A stretch of 64,000 bases of DNA from Mobula hypostoma (taxonomy: Eukaryota). A model generated the notes under the pieces. It searched no databases. It saw only the letters and a program-made list of their open reading frames with translations, and had not been told where the DNA came from. Within the stretch, counting starts at the first letter, position 1. Each line of letters starts with the position of its first letter. The position numbers and the translations under genes are program-made. The stretch is from contig NC_086108.1 in assembly GCF_963921235.1 (NCBI RefSeq), forward strand, positions 7,502,001 to 7,566,000, read 5' to 3'. This document shows, piece after piece, positions 1 through 13,379 of the stretch.

Positions 1-932
1 TTACAAAGATCAGATTTATTTTTCACATGTACACTGAAACATAGCGTGAAATTTATCATTAGCGTTCGAAACCAACACACCCTAAGGATTTTCTGGGGGA
101 GGGGTAACACATTCCACACATCCCATGTCGTGTACTCAGTACTATATGGGTGTACTGAGATATCCAGCCGCAATCTGCCAGGAAGCAGGCACCCTCCTGT
201 CTTAGTTTGATTAAAATCTCTCCGCTACGTGCACACACAGGACAGCTCGCAAGGACTTGATGGGGTGTCACAACATGCGCATCCTGGCAGGAGTCATTAG
301 AAGCTCAGGACTGGGTGGGGCGAGTGTATGGAGAAGCTGGCCCAATAGTTGTGCCGCACGCCGCCACCTGCTCCTGGTGTCCACTGCATCACTAGAGTGG
401 AGGCGTAACTCTATTACAGTTCCAGTGGCCTGGGCTCGGTTCCCATCTGAAAAACCTGCAGGTTGGTAAGTTAGTCAGTCACAGAGCTGCTACTGTGGGT
501 GGCAGGGTGGGGAGACATCTCTATGGAAGTGTAAGGTGCTCCTTCCCTCTGCTAACCTGCCCGTCACCCTTGGGCAAGGTGTAGCACCTGCTTAGCCCCA
601 TCTCTACCCCGATCAGGGTCATGTGAAGCCATGGGAGCAGGTGGTGGATGGTCGTATGAGCAGCTGGTGCAGATCACAAGTCCTGGTTATCTGACCACTG
701 GCACCAGGCAGACAATCTCTGAAGATTATTGATAATGGCTGGGTGTCACTCGTCTTGGAAAGGCACTGTCCAGAGGAAGGCAAAGGCAAACCACTTCTGT
801 ACGAACAATTGCCAAGAACAATCATGGTCATGGAACGACCACAATCACCCACGTCTACAACACAGCACATAATGATGACGGTGGGTGTTACTGGGGTGGT
901 TTGCCAGGAAGGGCCTTTTACCATGCTGTTTC

Positions 933-1023
933 TGTAATGTATGGATCTATTTCTTTTAGAGCAATGACCCCCCCCCCAGCATTATGTAATGATCTGTTGT
1001 CCACGCATGCACATTGCCCTCTG

Positions 1024-1121
<98 letters not shown>

Positions 1122-3886
1122 GCTGCAGTGTGACTACACCTGTTAAAGCCATCTCCCATGTGCGTGTTTTTATTTAATTGTTAAGTAGTTGTGCACAGAC
1201 ACAACAAATTGGCGACAAGTATGAACCTGAATGTCAGGAAATAACATGCACTGCACCGACAGTAATGGGATGAAACAGCAAGTTAAACTGCACGAGGAGG
1301 CTGTCACAGGCGCTAACAAAAGTGTGAGTACAGTGCACATTAACGGTGAAAGTCATGCTGAATTTAAAGTGAAAATAACGTGGCGATGGCTTCAGTCAGG
1401 AAAATTGACAAATTTGATCGCACTAATGAACCCTGGGAGTTGTATATCAAGAGGGTGGAACGGTATTGTAACGTGAACAGTGTGCCCTACACTTCTTAGT
1501 TTAATGGACCTAAGAACGTACAGTCTCTTATGCAACTTAGTAACCCCTGAAACGCCAGCAAGCAGGGTATTTGATGAAGTTGTTCCAATTTTACAAAATC
1601 ACTTGAGCCCTAAACTGCTGGAAATAGCTGAGAGATTTAGATTTTACAAAAGGAACCACTCAAAAGATGAAAGCATTTATGAATACATTGCAGAACTGCA
1701 CAAACTTTCCCAGTACTGTGACTTTACAGAAGGACTTTCTGAAGCATTAAGGGGCAAGCTTGTATGTGGCACACATAGTCAAAGCTCCCAAAAGAGGCTA
1801 CTGTCCAAACGAGACCTAATCTTAGAATGGGCACTGACTGTTGCAATATCGTTAGAGACTGCAGTTAAGGGTGCTGCAGAACTACAGAAAAGGATGTTAG
1901 AATGTGAAATGCACAAAATGACCCTGAATGGTGCAAAAGCCAAAGACGTGTTTGATCTGGCAAATCCTCCCATGATGCAAATGACTGTTGGTTCAGAGAA
2001 ATAGTCTGCAGAAAGTGTCACAGACAAGATCACACAGAGAGAATGTGCAAGGCAGACAAAAAACACAACCAAGTGTAAAAGTCTCAAACACAAAACTGAG
2101 CAAATGCATAAAATTACCAAACGTGAAACAGAACCAGATGACATAGAATCCAACAAAGGTGAGCTGTCATGCCTAGAACTTCAAAGTATAACTGAAGCAG
2201 ATCACAAAATCATCTGGATCACGATCGATGTGTCCGGTGTAAAACTGAAAATGCAGCTGGATACAGGGCCAGCTTTGTCCATAATTCCAGAGGCTGACCA
2301 TAAGAGACTGCTTTCTAAGATACCATTAGAGAAGGCGTCAGTGATGCTAAAGACCTACACAGGTGAAAAAGTGTCTCCTAAAGGCAAACTGAAAGTAAAT
2401 GTGACGTGTAGAAGCCAAACACAGCAGTTAGAACTTTACGTATTGAGAAGTGGAGGCCAGCACTTGTCAGATGCGAGTGGCTGAGAAAAATCCAACTAGA
2501 CTGGCACACAGTCAATGCTCTGTGTCACATCAATAGGCAACTGCAGCCCACGTGGTAGCACTAAGCAGAGGCTGTCACACCTACCCAATGCTGATGAGAA
2601 GGGAACAGATAAACATATTGAAGACTTGGCCAAGAGCTGTTTGCGACGTCAAAAAGTTCAAAATGCACCCCCACAGGCACCGTTACACCCGTGGGAGTGG
2701 CCGTTGTCACGGCAAAGAGTATATATTGACTTTGCTGGGGCATTCAAGGACTCCAGGTTTCTGAATGCTGTGGATGCTCATTCGAAGTGGCCAGAGGTTA
2801 TACCAATGAAGTCAAAAACTTGTCTCCACCCTGAGGACTATCTTCGCCAGAAATGACTTACCAGAACAAATTGTGATTGACAACGGATCACAATACCCAT
2901 CAGAACAATTCCAACTGTTCATGAAGAAAAATGACATCAGACATCTCAAGTCAGCTCCTCACCACCCAGCAATGAATATGTTAGCTGAAAGGTTTATCCA
3001 AACTGTCAGGAAGACCGCTAAAGTGATGGACGAGGAGAACATTTCTCTACAGCACAAGGTGGACAATTTTCTTTTTGTGTATCAGAACTCTGTTCATGCG
3101 ACGAAAACTGAAACAGCTGCAATGTTGTTCATGTACAGGAATCTGAGACCTCCTGAAACCAGATCTATGGAGGGAAGTGTGGAATAAACAGTTCAGCCAG
3201 TCGCCAAGTGAAGCAGTGAGGAGCTTCGAGATTGGACAGGTAGTCCTAGCACGTGATTACTGAGAAGACAAGTGGACACCTGGTAGGATAGCTACAAGAA
3301 CTGGACCACCGATGTACACAGAGGATGTTGGACATCAGACATGGAGATGTCACGTGGGCCCAGATACTAGATGCTCAGCTGAAGAATACATCTGGGTCGA
3401 CTGCATCCAACAAGATGGACACATTACTGTCACCGGACTTACCGCTCAGTGATGATCATGTCACTGACAGCAATATGACACTGGAAACCGAGAACATAGT
3501 CCGAGTCTGATGCCACATCGCAGGTCCAGAGGTGCTATCATGAAAGAAATAGACGGCACCCGAAAAACTGAATATTTAGTATAGTGAAGTTAGTTATGGA
3601 CTACTATTGTGGAAGCATGTTTACAGTGTTTGGAATATGGGTTTATGAATGGGAAATTGAATGTTTTGTACACATGCAGTTTAATTTTGCATTAACCTAA
3701 AGGGGGAGGAGGTGTAATGTATGGATCTATTTCCTTCAGAGCAATGACCCCAACCCCCAGCATTGTGTATTGTTCTGTTGTCTGCGCATATACATTGCTC
3801 GCTCTCTCTCTCTCGTACTGCAATATGAATACACCAGTTAAAGCCATCCCCTGCGTGCATGCTTTTACTGTTGCACAGACACAGCA
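933..3886 (+). mobile_element. Ty3/Gypsy (Mag-like) LTR retrotransposon, decayed, RT/RNaseH deleted
   Basis: LTRs at 933-1206 and 3713-3886 (TGTAATGTATGGATC...CAGACACA(A/G)CA). PBS-like TGGCGAC after the 5' LTR and PPT AAAGGGGGAGGAGG before the 3' LTR. 5-bp TSD GTTTC/GTATC. Gag remnant (AERFRFYKR), protease (LDTG) and integrase (YIDFAG, DAHSKWPEV, DNG, AERFIQT), with frameshifts and stops. Confidence 0.92.
1020..1121. repeat. (CT)n microsatellite expanded inside the 5' LTR
   Basis: About 50 CT units here, versus a short CT run at the same position in the 3' LTR. Confidence 0.95.
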
Positions 3887-6800
3887 GTATCTATCTCCTC
3901 GCAGGATCGTCATCTTGTCATAGTGCAGAGACTTACCAGTTCCTGAGATTCTGTGAGTGATGCCGTCTGGAGCCTAACTCCTGGTAAGGTCAAGGAGGAG
4001 GTTCCAGGCAAAGAACAATCCAACCAAGATCTCAACGGTGGAGCTGGTGGACGACGAGACACATCATAGTGGCAGCGAAGGGGGAGGAAGGCTTCAACGG
4101 TGAAGGGTCCCCAGTCGTCTTGCATTCCATGTCACTGGGCTCTGTTCTTGATCTGTGAAGGATCACGTGGTGGCTACCCATGCATGTTAAACAAAGTCAC
4201 GCACAGGCCTTCTCCATTAATGGAATTACTCCTTAGGACAGGGGTTCCCGGCCCCTTCAGTTAACGGGAAGGTTCCAGAGCATGAAAAGGATTGGGAACC
4301 CCTGCCTTAGGACAACATCATACTCATCCTGCGAGAACACACGGCCAGTATCTAAGAAGCAACGATGGATGAGATTCACGACCCGAGATTGTTTAATATC
4401 ATTTCCAGCACACGAAGTGTAAAGGAGAACAAAATAATTGTTACTCTGGATCCAATGCAGCACAACAATAAGATAAAGAACACAATAATAATTTAAGTCA
4501 ATAATTATAACTACATAAGTTAGCTGACATACACAGATTGATTGCATGTCTATAAGATGACACTTGACATGGGAGTGTCTGTACATAAGGTGACTGACAG
4601 GAAATGATAAAGTTGTGGTGGTTGGGGGTGTGGAGGATTGGGTTAGTGGGTGGAGGTGCTGATCAGCCTTACTGCCTGGGGAAAGGATCTGTTTTTGAGT
4701 CTTGTGGATGCTACGTATAAGTGAATACATTAATAGATACATAAACAAACAAACAAACAAATAAATAAATAGTGGCCCAATCACAAACAAGAGAAAATCT
4801 GCTGAGGTTGGAAATTCAAGCAACACACACAAAGTGCTGGAGGAACTCAGCAGGCCAGGCAGCATCTGTGGAAAAGAGCCAACTGTTGACGTTTTGGGCC
4901 GAGGCCCTTCAGCAGGAGTCTGGAAGAAAATACTGGAGCTTCTGGCTGGCATTGTCTCATTGGGCTGAAGGGCCTTCTATCCGTTTGACGAGGACTTGGG
5001 TCAAAGAAAATCTTTCGACAATGCAAACGAGGCTGGCAGAGGCAACTCCAAAAACAGCCAAGGGACATTCCCACGCTCACTAACCTCGCCCTGACAGCCA
5101 AGGATGACACGACAGTAAACCTGACAATGACAAGTTCCACTGTGCCATCAAATTACGGCTTCCAAAAACAAAACACAACCATGTTCCAAAAACGTTCTCA
5201 AGAGCTGTCAGTTATTTCTGAGTCAGGCTCGTTGAAAGTACACAGTTCCATAATCAACTTTGTTTTTTCCCAGCTGATGGAATATAATGAGCTTGGGCAG
5301 GAGTCTGGAAACAGTTTGCAAATTAATGTGGTATTTTATTGCTTGTTAACAGATCATAGATTAATATTCTGTGCGGTGTGAATCTTTTTAATACCTGACA
5401 TGCGCCTTTACGGCTTTGACCTGGCTCTCTGGGACTGGAATGTGGGTTTGCGTTCTGGATGCAGTTGTATCACCAGGTTGCAGGCTGAGACTCCAGTGTG
5501 GCAGGAAGGGAGCCTGGGGTGCTACCCTCCGGGAAGATGGGGTCAGCAAACAAAGTGACCGAAAGCAACGTCTTTCTGATAGTTCACAAAACTGCTCCTT
5601 TTACTTCTTCTTCCAAATATGATTCTGCTACTAAGCTGCATGCGACTGGAATGTGCGATTTACATTCTGCTGGTGTGTTTTCGGGCCGATTGAGCAACCT
5701 GGCACTTTGCTGTGTCTGGGGGGGTTTGGTGAGGCTTTGAGCAGAGCGTGCGGCCTGGAGGGCAGAAAGTCTGCAGATGAGCGAGCCCATGACCGACTCC
5801 ATTTCCTGCCGACTTCACCGGTTAAGGAGTAAAGCAGGACTGAGTATCGACAAGGACAACAGCGGAAGGCGGGTGGCTGTTTAGCGCCGTCTGCCAGAAT
5901 TTGACCGGTCTCTTTCTCGCTCTTGCTTGCTGCTCCCAGAGGAAGGTGCTGACATGTGACGGTCTCTCTCTCACCCTCTCACCCGATGCTGTTGGAGAAA
6001 GATGCCTGTGTTTGTCCGGCCTCCCCAGTCTCTCCTCCAGACAGAACACACCTAGCCTCCCCAGTCTCTCCTCCAGACAGAACAAAAAAGACACATACGT
6101 TCGAATGCTGTTCATAGACTTCAGTTCAGCATTCAACACAATCGTTCCTCAGAAATTGGTTGGAAAGCTGAGCCTACTGGGCCCACTTTTCCAATTCCAA
6201 CTTGGCCCAGGGCTTAAACTCATTGAACCTTGGTCTGACCTGCTCTCGGCAATGGGCCTGCTACCTTGCCTCAGTTCTGCCTCGTCATACTACCTCCGAG
6301 TTCAAAGGGAAGTTACAGACTATTGTTTGCGATGACCGTTTACCAGTACAAGAGTGATTAACAAAGTACTTAGTTGTTTTTGTTGTTGCGTTAGCCACCA
6401 GCCAGAAGTCACTGAGATTCACCAGCACCATCTTAAACCGTCAACATCCTCTGCTCCAAGAGTTTCAATCTGAAACATCGACGAGCTTTGCCCACCCTCC
6501 TGCTCGATCTGCTGAGTCGCTCCAGAAGATCGTTTGTTCCTCCAGACTCTCACCACAACTGAAAACCCCAATTCTCTGCACCCGCACTGGTTTCACAAAA
6601 TCGAAGTTGCAGGTGAGAAGGGAGGTGTGATATGCTAGAGAAAGTCAACTCACCACCCTTCATTCACAGAACCCCCTATAGAACAGGAACAAGCCTTTTC
6701 AACCACAGTGGTATTCCGTACTAATTAAATGGGTAACTAAATGCCTAATTCAACGATTCTCTTCTACCTACACAAGATCCATGCCCTTACACTCTTTGCA

Positions 6801-6899
6801 CATCCTCATGCCTACCTAGGAGTCTGTTCAATGCCTCTATCGTATCTCTCTACCACCGCTCTCTGTAAAAACTTGCCAATATAAAGATTCAAGCATTCA

Positions 6900-7420
6900 T
6901 ATTCCCCTCCCCCATCCATATTCGTCCCCCCCACCCTCTCCCCCTCCCCCTGTCTCCCTCCCCGCCTCCATTTCCCTCCTCCTCCTGTTCGTCTCCCTCT
7001 CCCTCCTCCTCCCCTCTCTCTCCCCTGCACCCTCCCTCCCTCTCTCCTCCCCTCCTTCTCACACTCTTTGCCTCTACCTCTCCCTCTTTCTCCCTCTCTC
7101 TTTTTCTGTCTCTCTCCTTTCCCCTCCCTCTCTTGGCCTCTCTCTCCCCTCCCTTTCCCTCCCTTTCTCACTCTCTCTCTCCCCTGCCCCTCCCTCCACC
7201 TCTCTCTCTCACCCCATCCCTCGCTCCCTCTCTCCTTCCCCTTCCTCTCTCATTCCCTCTTTCTCTCTCTCTCTCCCCTATCCCTCCATCCCCCTCTTTC
7301 TCTTTCCCCCTCTCCTTCCCTCTGCCTCCACCTCATCCTCCCTTTCCCTCTCCATTTCTCTCTCTCTCTGTTCCTCCACTTCTCTCACTCCCTCTGTAAC
7401 CCTTGTCCTCTCCCACTTTC
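6900..7420. repeat. C/T-rich low-complexity polypyrimidine tract
   Basis: About 500 bp almost devoid of purines on the + strand. Confidence 0.9.
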
Positions 7421-7499
7421 CAATGTGAGTCACAGGTTGTGATTTTGAGATCTGTAAAACATTGGTTGTCTTTCTCCTCCCCATGAAAAACATTAGTCA

Positions 7500-8555
7500 A
7501 ACTAGAAGGTTAATGGCAGGATTCTTTGAAGCGTGCAGGAACAGAGGGATCTTAGACCAAACTTGGAGTATTGCGTTCAGTTCTGGTCACCTCATTATAG
7601 GAAGAACGTGGAAGCTTTAGAGAGGGTGCAGAGGAAATGTACCAGGATGTTGCCTGGATTAGAGAGCGTGTCTAATGAGGAAAGGCTGAGTGAGTCGGGG
7701 CTTTTCTCTTTGGAGTGAAGGAGGAAGAGAGTGTTAGGGATCCGGCCTGAACACTGGGTCGAAGGGCCTCTGCTGGTAGCTCTGGATCACGACAGTCTTT
7801 AATTTCTGTTTTCTTTCACCTGGCCATGTGGGTTCTGGCCCAGCCCCGTTCCTTTTTGGACTTCCTCCAATTACCTGCTTGTCTCCTCATTTGCACCCAC
7901 CTGTTTCTAACTTTCACTCATCACCCTGTCCATTTAAACCCTGCCTTGACTAGCATTCTCTGCCAGTTTGTCCCAGTTCTGACCTGTCATTGTGGCTTCT
8001 GCCAATTGATTTTCCTGATTCTGTCTTTTGGATTTTGCCCATTCTTGGACCTGATTTTTGCCTGTGTGCTCTGGATTGTCTGCCCTCGCCTGACTGCCTT
8101 TCCTGGTAAGATCTCTGCCTGCCATTTTGGATTCGTGCCTGCCTTCTGTTTTTGAAAGACTGTTGCCTTTGTGCTCCCTAATAAATCCTGGTGAAAAGGT
8201 ATTCACTGGTCTGCACTTGAGTCCCACTGAAACCCAACAGAACCTGACAGAGAGGTGATAAGAGGCCTAGATAGAGTGGGCAACCAGCACCTTTCTCCCA
8301 GGGCGGAAATGGCTAATGCAAAGGGTGCATCATTTTAAGATCTTTGGAGAAAGTACATGAGATGTTAGAGGTGTGTCTTTTGCACAGAGAGGTGTGTGTG
8401 TGTGTGTGTGTGTAAAAGTAACACCCTGCCAGGGTGGTGGTAGAGGCAAATACATTAAAGTCGTTAAAGAGGCTCTTAGATGGGCACATGGATGATAGAA
8501 AAATGGAGAGCTATGTAGGAGGGAAGGGTTAGGTTGATCTTCGAGTAGGTCAAAA
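7500..8555 (+). mobile_element. CR1 LINE 3' fragment, interrupted by a solo LTR and (GT)n
   Basis: RPNLEYCVQFWSPHYRK...LERVQRK...GLFSLE is the CR1 ORF2 C-terminus. The 3' UTR resumes after 8250. Confidence 0.85.
7732..8249. mobile_element. Solo LTR (518 bp)
   Basis: Ends TGTTAGG...CCTGACA, with direct repeat GAGAG on both sides. Internal AATAAA. Cleanly interrupts the CR1 sequence. Confidence 0.72.
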
Positions 8556-8836
8556 GGGTGGTTTGCTAGTGTAGTGGTTAACACAATGCTTTACAGTACC
8601 AGTGACCTGGGTTCAATTCCTGCTGCTGCCTGTAAGGAGTTTGTACATTCGCCCCGTGACCGCATGGGTTTCCTGTGGGAGCTCCAGTTTCCTCCCACAG
8701 TCCAAAGACGTACCGGTTGTTAGGTTAACGGATCATTGTAGGTTGTCCTGTGATTATGCTAAGGTTAAATCGGGGGATTGCTGGGCAGCATGGCTCTGAG
8801 AGCCGACAGGGCCTATTCCATGCTTTATCTCAATAA
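8556..8836 (+). mobile_element. tRNA-derived V-domain SINE (HE1-like)
   Basis: A box TAGTGTAGTGG, B box GGTTCAATTCC, V-core GGGTTTCC...GCTCCAGTTTCCTCCCACAGTCCAAAGA. Related copies near 34832-35210, 37850-38020, 38355-38470, 48030-48200(-) and 49640-49865. Confidence 0.75.
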
Positions 8837-10169
8837 ATCAATTGTGCCAAGATGAGGCTGCCCTCAGGGTGGAGGAGTAACACCTTGTATTCCGTCTGAG
8901 TAGCCTCCAAACTGACGGCATGAATATTGATTTCTCCTGGTAAAGTAATTTGCATTCCCCCAATTCCCACTCCGACCTTTCACCTCTTCTCATTTGCCTA
9001 TTACTTCCCCCTGGGTCCCCTCTTTCCCTTTCTCCTATGGCCCACTCTCCTCTCCATTCAGATTCCTTCCTCTCCAGCCCTCGACCTTTCCTGCCCTCTT
9101 GGCTTCACCTGTCACCTTCTATCTATCCTCCTTCACCACCCCCCAACTTTTTATTCTGGTGTCTTCCCCCTCCCTTCTCAGTCCTGAGGAAACGTCTTGA
9201 CCCGAAACATCGATTGTTTATTAATTTTCATACAGGCTGTCCGCTGAGTTCCTCCAGCATTTCGTGTCTGTTGCTTTGAAATAGATAGAAAGGGAGATAG
9301 CCGATTCAGTCACTAATGTAGAACCAGTTAGGTGGGGCAAGGATGACTGGTGAGATATCACACAGGGCAGGAACCTCAACTTCCCTAAACTTAATGTCAG
9401 CCAACCACAGGCCCATGACTGCTGTTCTGTAAGCCAGGACCTCTGGGTCAGTAGCTTGGGTGGCTGCCATACCAATGTAGTCAATCCCTGTGTGTATGGT
9501 CTCAACAGCTGACCATTAGAGGCAATCTCGATGGTTCTACACTGGTGACTCAGTCTGGGATCTGTCTGGACGACGTGACATTGTTTCACATGGACAAGGG
9601 GCCGGGATTGAAATTCAAGTCCAGGAGATCAGTCTCAAAGTTCAAAAAAATTGGAATTAAATTTATTATCGAAGTACGTATACGTATCACCAAATCCTGG
9701 TCTGAGGTTCGTTTTCTTGTAGGATTCACAGTAGAACAAAGAAATACAATAGAATCACTGGAACAACTATACACAAAGACTGACAAGCAGTGTGCAGAAG
9801 ACACTGTACAAATACAAAAAAGAAACAAATAATCATAACATATTACAGGATGAACAATGTACTTAATAGATACAGCCATTCCAAACACACACAACATAGA
9901 AAACATAGAAACATAGAAAACCTACAGCACAACACAGGCCCTTTGGCCCACAAAGCTGTGCCAAACATGTCCTTCCTTTAGAAATTACCTACAATTAACT
10001 ATAGCCCTCTATTTCTCTGAGCTCCATGTACCTGTCCAGGAGTGTCTTAAAAGACCCTATCGTATCCGCCTCCACCACCATTGCCGGCAGCCCACTCTAT
10101 GCACTCACCACTAGCTGTGTAAAAAAAACTTACCCCTGACATCTCCTCTGTACAGAAATCAATGTGAAA

Positions 10170-10445
10170 AACACTAGAATGAGAAGAAGAAATTGAAAGA
10201 CTTTGGAACATGAACAGGGAACACATTGTTCCTGTAGTAATATCCACAAAGGGTACCATACACAATAGTAATAAAGAATTAGGACTGCACAGCACCATTT
10301 ATGTAAATCTTCAGAAAGCCACAATACCGAACACGACTAGAATAGTCCGAAAGTTCCTAGCAATTGAGAAGTGAGTGTGCTTGGCTATGCCTGTATTTCA
10401 GGTTTTACCAGCTTGAGCTGAGAAAAAAATAATAAACAATAATGA
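10170..10445 (+). mobile_element. R4/Rex6-like (REL-endonuclease) LINE 3' fragment
   Basis: Translates to EEEIERLWNMNREHIVPVVISTKGTIHNSNKELGLHSTIYVNLQKATIPNTTRIVRKFLAIEK*, followed by a short UTR and A/TAA-rich tail. Confidence 0.6.
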
Positions 10446-10495
10446 GTTGTGGAGTTGTTGAAAGTGAGTCTGCAGTTTGTGGAATCATTTCAGTG

Positions 10496-10870
10496 TTGTG
10501 GTGAGTGAAGTTACCCACACTGGTTCAGGAGCCTGATGGTTGTGGGGTAATAACTGTTCCTGAACCTGGTGGTGTGGGACCTGAGGCTCATTGTGGTGAG
10601 TGAAGTTATCCACACTGGTTCAGGAGCCTGATGGTCGTGGGGTGATAACTGTTCCTGAACCTGGTGGTGTGGGACCTGAGGCTCATTGTGGTGAGTGAAG
10701 TTATTCCCTCTAGTTCAGGAGTCTGATGGTTGTGGGGTAATAACTGTTCCTGAACCTGGTGGTGTGGGACCTAAGGCTCATTGTGGTGAGTGAAGTTATC
10801 CACACTGGTTCAGGAGCCTGATGGTTGTGGGGTAATAACTGTTCCTGAACCTGGTGGTGTGGGACATAAA
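10496..10870 (-). repeat. Tandem array, 4 x 95 bp, from a Rex1/Babar LINE 3' end
   Basis: GTGAGTGAAG recurs at 10501, 10596, 10691 and 10786. The unit encodes RSHTTRFRNSYYPTTIRLLN on the minus strand. Confidence 0.93.
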
Positions 10871-12078
10871 GCTCCTGTACCTCCTCCCTGATGGCAGCAA
10901 CGAGAAGAGAGCATGGCCTGGATGGTGGGGTCCTTGAAGGATGTCTGGAAGAGAGTATGAGACTGATATTGCCCCTCAGGGTGTCGCCCAAGGCACAGGC
11001 TGTGACTGCTGATGCAGAGTACGATTGATGCATCCCCAACATTCCTTGGCGCCTCCTCCTCTGCCGGGGCCATTACTTCGAAGAAATTTTCTCTGCTGGA
11101 ACACCATCAAGCAGAAAGAAGGTCAAGATTAATTGTCGAGTTCCAGACTGCCAAAAGCAATTAGGCATGGATCTCAAGGGTCGCGGGCCAGGCAGGCATG
11201 ACCTGCAGACAATGTCACAGTCAGTGCGTTCCGTTCCTCCAAACAGCCTTGCACAGAGACACAGAGAGGCACTTCCCTGAAAGCAACCGGTTGTGGAGGA
11301 CCAGCCCCACAAAAAAAGTGCGAAATGTTTTCTTTACCGAGGTTGCTGGGTGCATTTGCTGAGCTTGGGGAGAGTTTGCTGAAAAGGGAATGAGGAAGCG
11401 CAGTGGGAGGGGAAAGGGAGAAGGAGAGACGGTGTCTGGATAGATGGAAGAAACAGGGAGAAGGGAAAGTGACAGGAGGAGGGAGTGGGGGAAATTATGA
11501 CCATGAAGGAGGGGATGTACAAACCTGATGACACACACTCAGCATTTCAGGAACAGCTCCCTCCCCTCTGCCATCAGATTCCTGAATGGTCCATGAACAC
11601 TACCACACCACTTTGCTCCCTTTGTCATGATTTGTTTATTTTACTATATTTCTTATTGTAACTTGTCAGTATCTTTTATGTATTGCACTGTACTGCGGCC
11701 ACAAAAAAAACAAATTTCATGACATATGTGAGTGATGATAAACCTGATTCTGATATGGGTCTCTATCGTGCACTGAGAGTGGGAAGGGGACAGGGAGAGA
11801 GGAATCATGGTTGGGAAAAGGGGAAGGGAGAGGGGAGGGAGCAGGAAGCACCAGAGAGACATTCTGTAATGATCAATAAACCAATTGTTTGGAATCAAAT
11901 TACCTTGCCTGGCGTCTCAGGGCTGAGTGTATCTGCACCCACCACCAACCCCCCCACCGCCCTCTTCCTCGCACTCCTTCTGTCCCTCATCCCTCTGTGG
12001 CACTCCACACTCACCATCCCCAACATTCTTTGCTCCTGTCAGATTTACAAGCTCACTCTCTGCTCCACATTGACAAAT

Positions 12079-12148
12079 ACAGTCCTGTGCAAAAGTCTTA
12101 GGCACCCTGGCTATATATACGTGCCTAAAACTTTAGCACAATACTGTA
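12079..12148. mobile_element. About 67-bp palindromic Tc1-end mini-MITE
   Basis: TA-CAGTCCTGTGCAAAAGTCTTAGGCAC...GTGCCTAAAACTTTAGCACAATACTG-TA. Further copies at about 37342-37403, 61605-61674 and split around the Tc1 at 59640/61243. Confidence 0.75.
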
Positions 12149-13379
12149 TGTATTAAGTTCAAAGTACATTTATTATCAAAGTATGTATACTATATACAAC
12201 CATGAGATTCGTCTCCTTACAGGCAGTCACAAAACAAAGAAAGCCAACAGAACACATTTTAAAAAGACTGACAAACACCCAGAGTGCAGAGAGAGAAAAA
12301 AAGAAATTGTGCAAACAATAGAAATAAGCAAATAATGTTCAGAATTCAGGTTGACAAAAGCGAGTCCACAGCTAGGCTTTAGCTGCAGACCACAGCCTCA
12401 GTTCAGAGCAGAGGCAAGTAAACGCTGTGGAGCGGTGAGCTGATCTGCCTTTGTCCCCGACAGTGATTGTAAACCTGAGTCTGATTCAGACTCTCTGCGG
12501 AGGGCTGAATGGGAGATGAGAGGGTTACAGAACCAGCAGTGGGACCAGAGAGTGACGAGGAAGGGGGGAGGGGACGTGATTAGCAAGAGGGAAGTGGGTG
12601 ACGTGAGGATTTCCCTCCGCTAGCCTGTTTCTTGGCTGTCTTTATTCATAATCACTGGAAAAACCCATGACTGCTATCAAGAACTTTCCATGTTTCCATA
12701 GCACCTTTCAAAGGTACAATTTAATGTCAGAGAAATGTATACAATATGTATCCTGAAATGCTTTTTCGTTGCAAACATCCATGAAAACAGAGAGGTGCCC
12801 CAAAGAATGAATGACAGTTAAATGCTAGAACCCCAAAATCCCCCCCACCCCCCCACCCTCCCGCGCGCAATCGGCAGCGAGCAACAATCCCCCTCCCCCC
12901 ACCGGCAAAAAAAAACATAGTCACCGCCATCAGGCACTCAAGTGTGAGCAAAGCAATAGCAAAGACACAGACTTGCAGTTACCCCAAAGACTTTGTGTTT
13001 CACCCAGTATTCGACATCCCACAGGCTCTCTCTCTCTCTCCCTATTAGGGGAGAAAGAGGCGTCTCCATTTTTCCCAGCGAGCGGGGAGACATAACAAAC
13101 AACTCGCTGGTTTACAATGTTAAAAGTCCGTTTTGTTGCTTTTTTCGATCCTTTCATATCATAACAGCCAATGAAGGACTTTTTAAATATGATCACTGTT
13201 GTAATGTGACAGTCAATTCACAGTGGACAAGTTCCTACAAATATAAATGTTGTAATCACAGTTTGAAGAATTAGTGCCAGGCCTCCGGAGGGGAAATCTA
13301 CTTGATAGAGGTGTACATGATGAGGTGTATATCAAGTAGACAGCCAGAGACTTCTCCCAGGGTGACAGTGAAGGAACCT

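Noticed and set aside
4257..4952. 231-aa minus-strand ORF
   Set aside because: Chimeric read-through of Penelope tail, microsatellite and LINE-tail sequence.
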